From the NCBI RefSeq assembly GCF_000142905.1, contig NW_013657610.1, forward strand, positions 95,870 to 114,015: a stretch of 18,146 bases of DNA, given 5' to 3'. This DNA is from Thecamonas trahens ATCC 50062. Lineage: Eukaryota; Protista; Apusomonadida. Below the pieces are notes generated by a model. The model searched no databases and was not told the DNA's origin. It saw only the letters and a list, made by a program, of their open reading frames with translations. This document shows positions 16,677 through 18,146 of the stretch, piece by piece (position 1 is the first letter of the stretch; every line of letters starts with the position of its first letter). The position numbers and the translations under genes were made by a program.

Positions 16677-18146
16677 GCGAGTCGTCTGCGCGGGCTTTCA
16701 TCCATGGCCAGGAGAGAGCAACGGCAACGGCAGCATGGTTCGCTCCGGCTGCAATCAGGTGGGAAATACCGTGGGTGACGATCCAATCGGAGGCAGTGCC
16801 AGAGGTCATTGCCGTCTTAGCGGACTCTGGTGTGGCGCCAGGCGGAGGCACCCCGGCGACAACGGCGAGGTGACGGACAGGAAGGGAAGGGATGTCGTCA
16901 AAGCACACCTCTAGCCGATGGCGAATGTAGTCGAGGTGCAGATCGTGCAGCTCGACTACGGTTATGGTGCCGCCATTCGTGGCAACGACGCGCAGCAACG
17001 ACGTGTTGGCGAGGGCATCGAGGGCCGCAGCAAAGTCAATATCGTCTTCTGGGACTGTGGCGCGGAAGTTGGCGACGTCGATGGGCGCGTCTGAAGGAAA
17101 GACGCCGAGCATGGCGTAAATGGCGAGTGCCATCGGACGGTCGAGGTCGTCGATGCTGCGGAGGGTCCATGTGATGATATCAAAGATGTGGGCGTACTTG
17201 GCGTCGGTGCCGCCTTCTGACTTGCGGTGCTTGTGGAAAGCACGCTTGGAGGCCGAATCAAAGTTGGCAACAGCGGCGTCAAGCGCAGCCTCGCCAGAAA
17301 TGGACGAGCCAAGGACGGCGAGGGCGAGGGCATGGCCACGGCAAAAGGTCGCGAGGGAGACGATGCGGGGATCGTTGAGAGCAAGGGTGTTTGCCCACTC
17401 AGGTGAGCCCTTGGCGAGGTAGTTGCGAAGGACAACAGCAGCGTCGTCCGGGCCAAAGGTATCAAGCTTGATGGAGGAGGCAGAGCTGGTAGCAACAGCG
17501 GCGTTGCGCGAGGTGACGAGGACGGCATGCGGGGCTGCGATGTGGTTGGTGAAGACGGAGGCCTGGGGGGTGGTCCAAACATCGTCGAGGATGAGCAGGA
17601 TGCGGGTGCCGGCGTCGGCGAGGGCCCGGGTCTTGGCAGCAAGGATATGTTGGAGATCGTCGAGGTTGGCACGGGGGCCTATGTCACAACCAAGGCCGTG
17701 CTCGAGAAGGTGAGCCATGGAGCTGACTAGATCGGCGTTGGACGTATTGTCCTCATCAAGTGAGAGCCAGAAGACGGAGAAGACCGAGGTGATGGCGGGA
17801 TGGATGGCGACATCGGCAGCGAGTGACGACTTGCCGACGCCACCGAGCCCGCTGACACCAACGACTGAGACGTTGTTCGCACCGATAAGCGCGTCAATGA
17901 CCGCAGCGCGAGTGTCAGGGAGCGGGTAGTACTCGGATGGGTTAGGTGGCGGCGGCATGGGTGAGGGGCGGAGGGGTGAGCTGGGAACAATGGCCTGGAT
18001 GCGGTCGGCAAGATCGTCGAGCATGTCAACCACGCTGTCGCGAGCCGGGGAGTACGGAGCGAGGCCGCGCTCGAGGAGGGCGTAGAGAGTGCCGATGCGG
18101 GCGACTTTGAGCTCGGGCGTGAGTTCATCGTGTTCCCAGAGATCCG
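16627..18146 (-). CDS. N-terminal segment (5'-partial) of the same STAND protein: APAF-1-like NB-ARC domain and helical domain
   Basis: The frame stays open past 18033 to the window edge (DLWEHDELTPELKVARIG...). Motifs: Walker A GLGGVGKS 17850-17827, Walker B LLILDDVW 17598-17575, VLVTSRN, CRGHALAL (GLPL-like), LGVFPSD, LHDL (MHD-like, 16950-16939), then HGISHLIAAG...WPWMKAR...LLNDL (APAF1 helical-domain-like). Confidence 0.85.
   Translation of the reverse strand, partial: DLWEHDELTPELKVARIGTLYALLERGLAPYSPARDSVVDMLDDLADRIQAIVPSSPLRPSPMPPPPNPSEYYPLPDTRAAVIDALIGANNVSVVGVSGLGGVGKSSLAADVAIHPAITSVFSVFWLSLDEDNTSNADLVSSMAHLLEHGLGCDIGPRANLDDLQHILAAKTRALADAGTRILLILDDVWTTPQASVFTNHIAAPHAVLVTSRNAAVATSSASSIKLDTFGPDDAAVVLRNYLAKGSPEWANTLALNDPRIVSLATFCRGHALALAVLGSSISGEAALDAAVANFDSASKRAFHKHRKSEGGTDAKYAHIFDIITWTLRSIDDLDRPMALAIYAMLGVFPSDAPIDVANFRATVPEDDIDFAAALDALANTSLLRVVATNGGTITVVELHDLHLDYIRHRLEVCFDDIPSLPVRHLAVVAGVPPPGATPESAKTAMTSGTASDWIVTHGISHLIAAGANHAAVAVALSWPWMKARADDSLGGLLNDLRCVVRLGR

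Noticed and set aside
16627-18146. Naming the gene APAF1
   Set aside because: It is APAF-1-like in the NB-ARC, helical and WD40 order, but no CARD is visible and it has extra TIR-NB modules, so orthology is unsupported.

Overview
This is a GC-rich, apparently intron-poor eukaryotic window, probably from a protist. The style would fit an apusomonad such as Thecamonas, but that cannot be confirmed here. It has one assembly gap (2949-3424) and three protein-coding loci. (1) From 442 on +: a fusion of a duplicated N-terminal helical module, an EXD1/Egalitarian-type DEDDy 3'-5' exonuclease-like domain and a Ycf45/SpoIIIAA-like P-loop ATPase, cut by the gap. (2) 4603-10860 on +: anaphase-promoting complex subunit 1 (APC1) as one uninterrupted ORF, preceded by a cluster of E2F-type sites plus a CCAAT box and a ~670-bp 18-mer minisatellite. 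(3) From beyond 18146 down to 10872 on -: a very large NLR-like STAND protein, split by one frame change near 16630-16676. Its order is NB-ARC, APAF1-like helical domain, near-identical 57-aa WD40 repeats with hypervariable sites, TIR-like, NB-ARC, TIR-like, TIR, degenerate NB-ARC. Locus 3 is the best candidate for an undescribed system: a multi-module, innate-immune-type receptor whose repeat array resembles fungal HNWD allorecognition genes. All domain calls come from motif recognition by eye; no searches were run.
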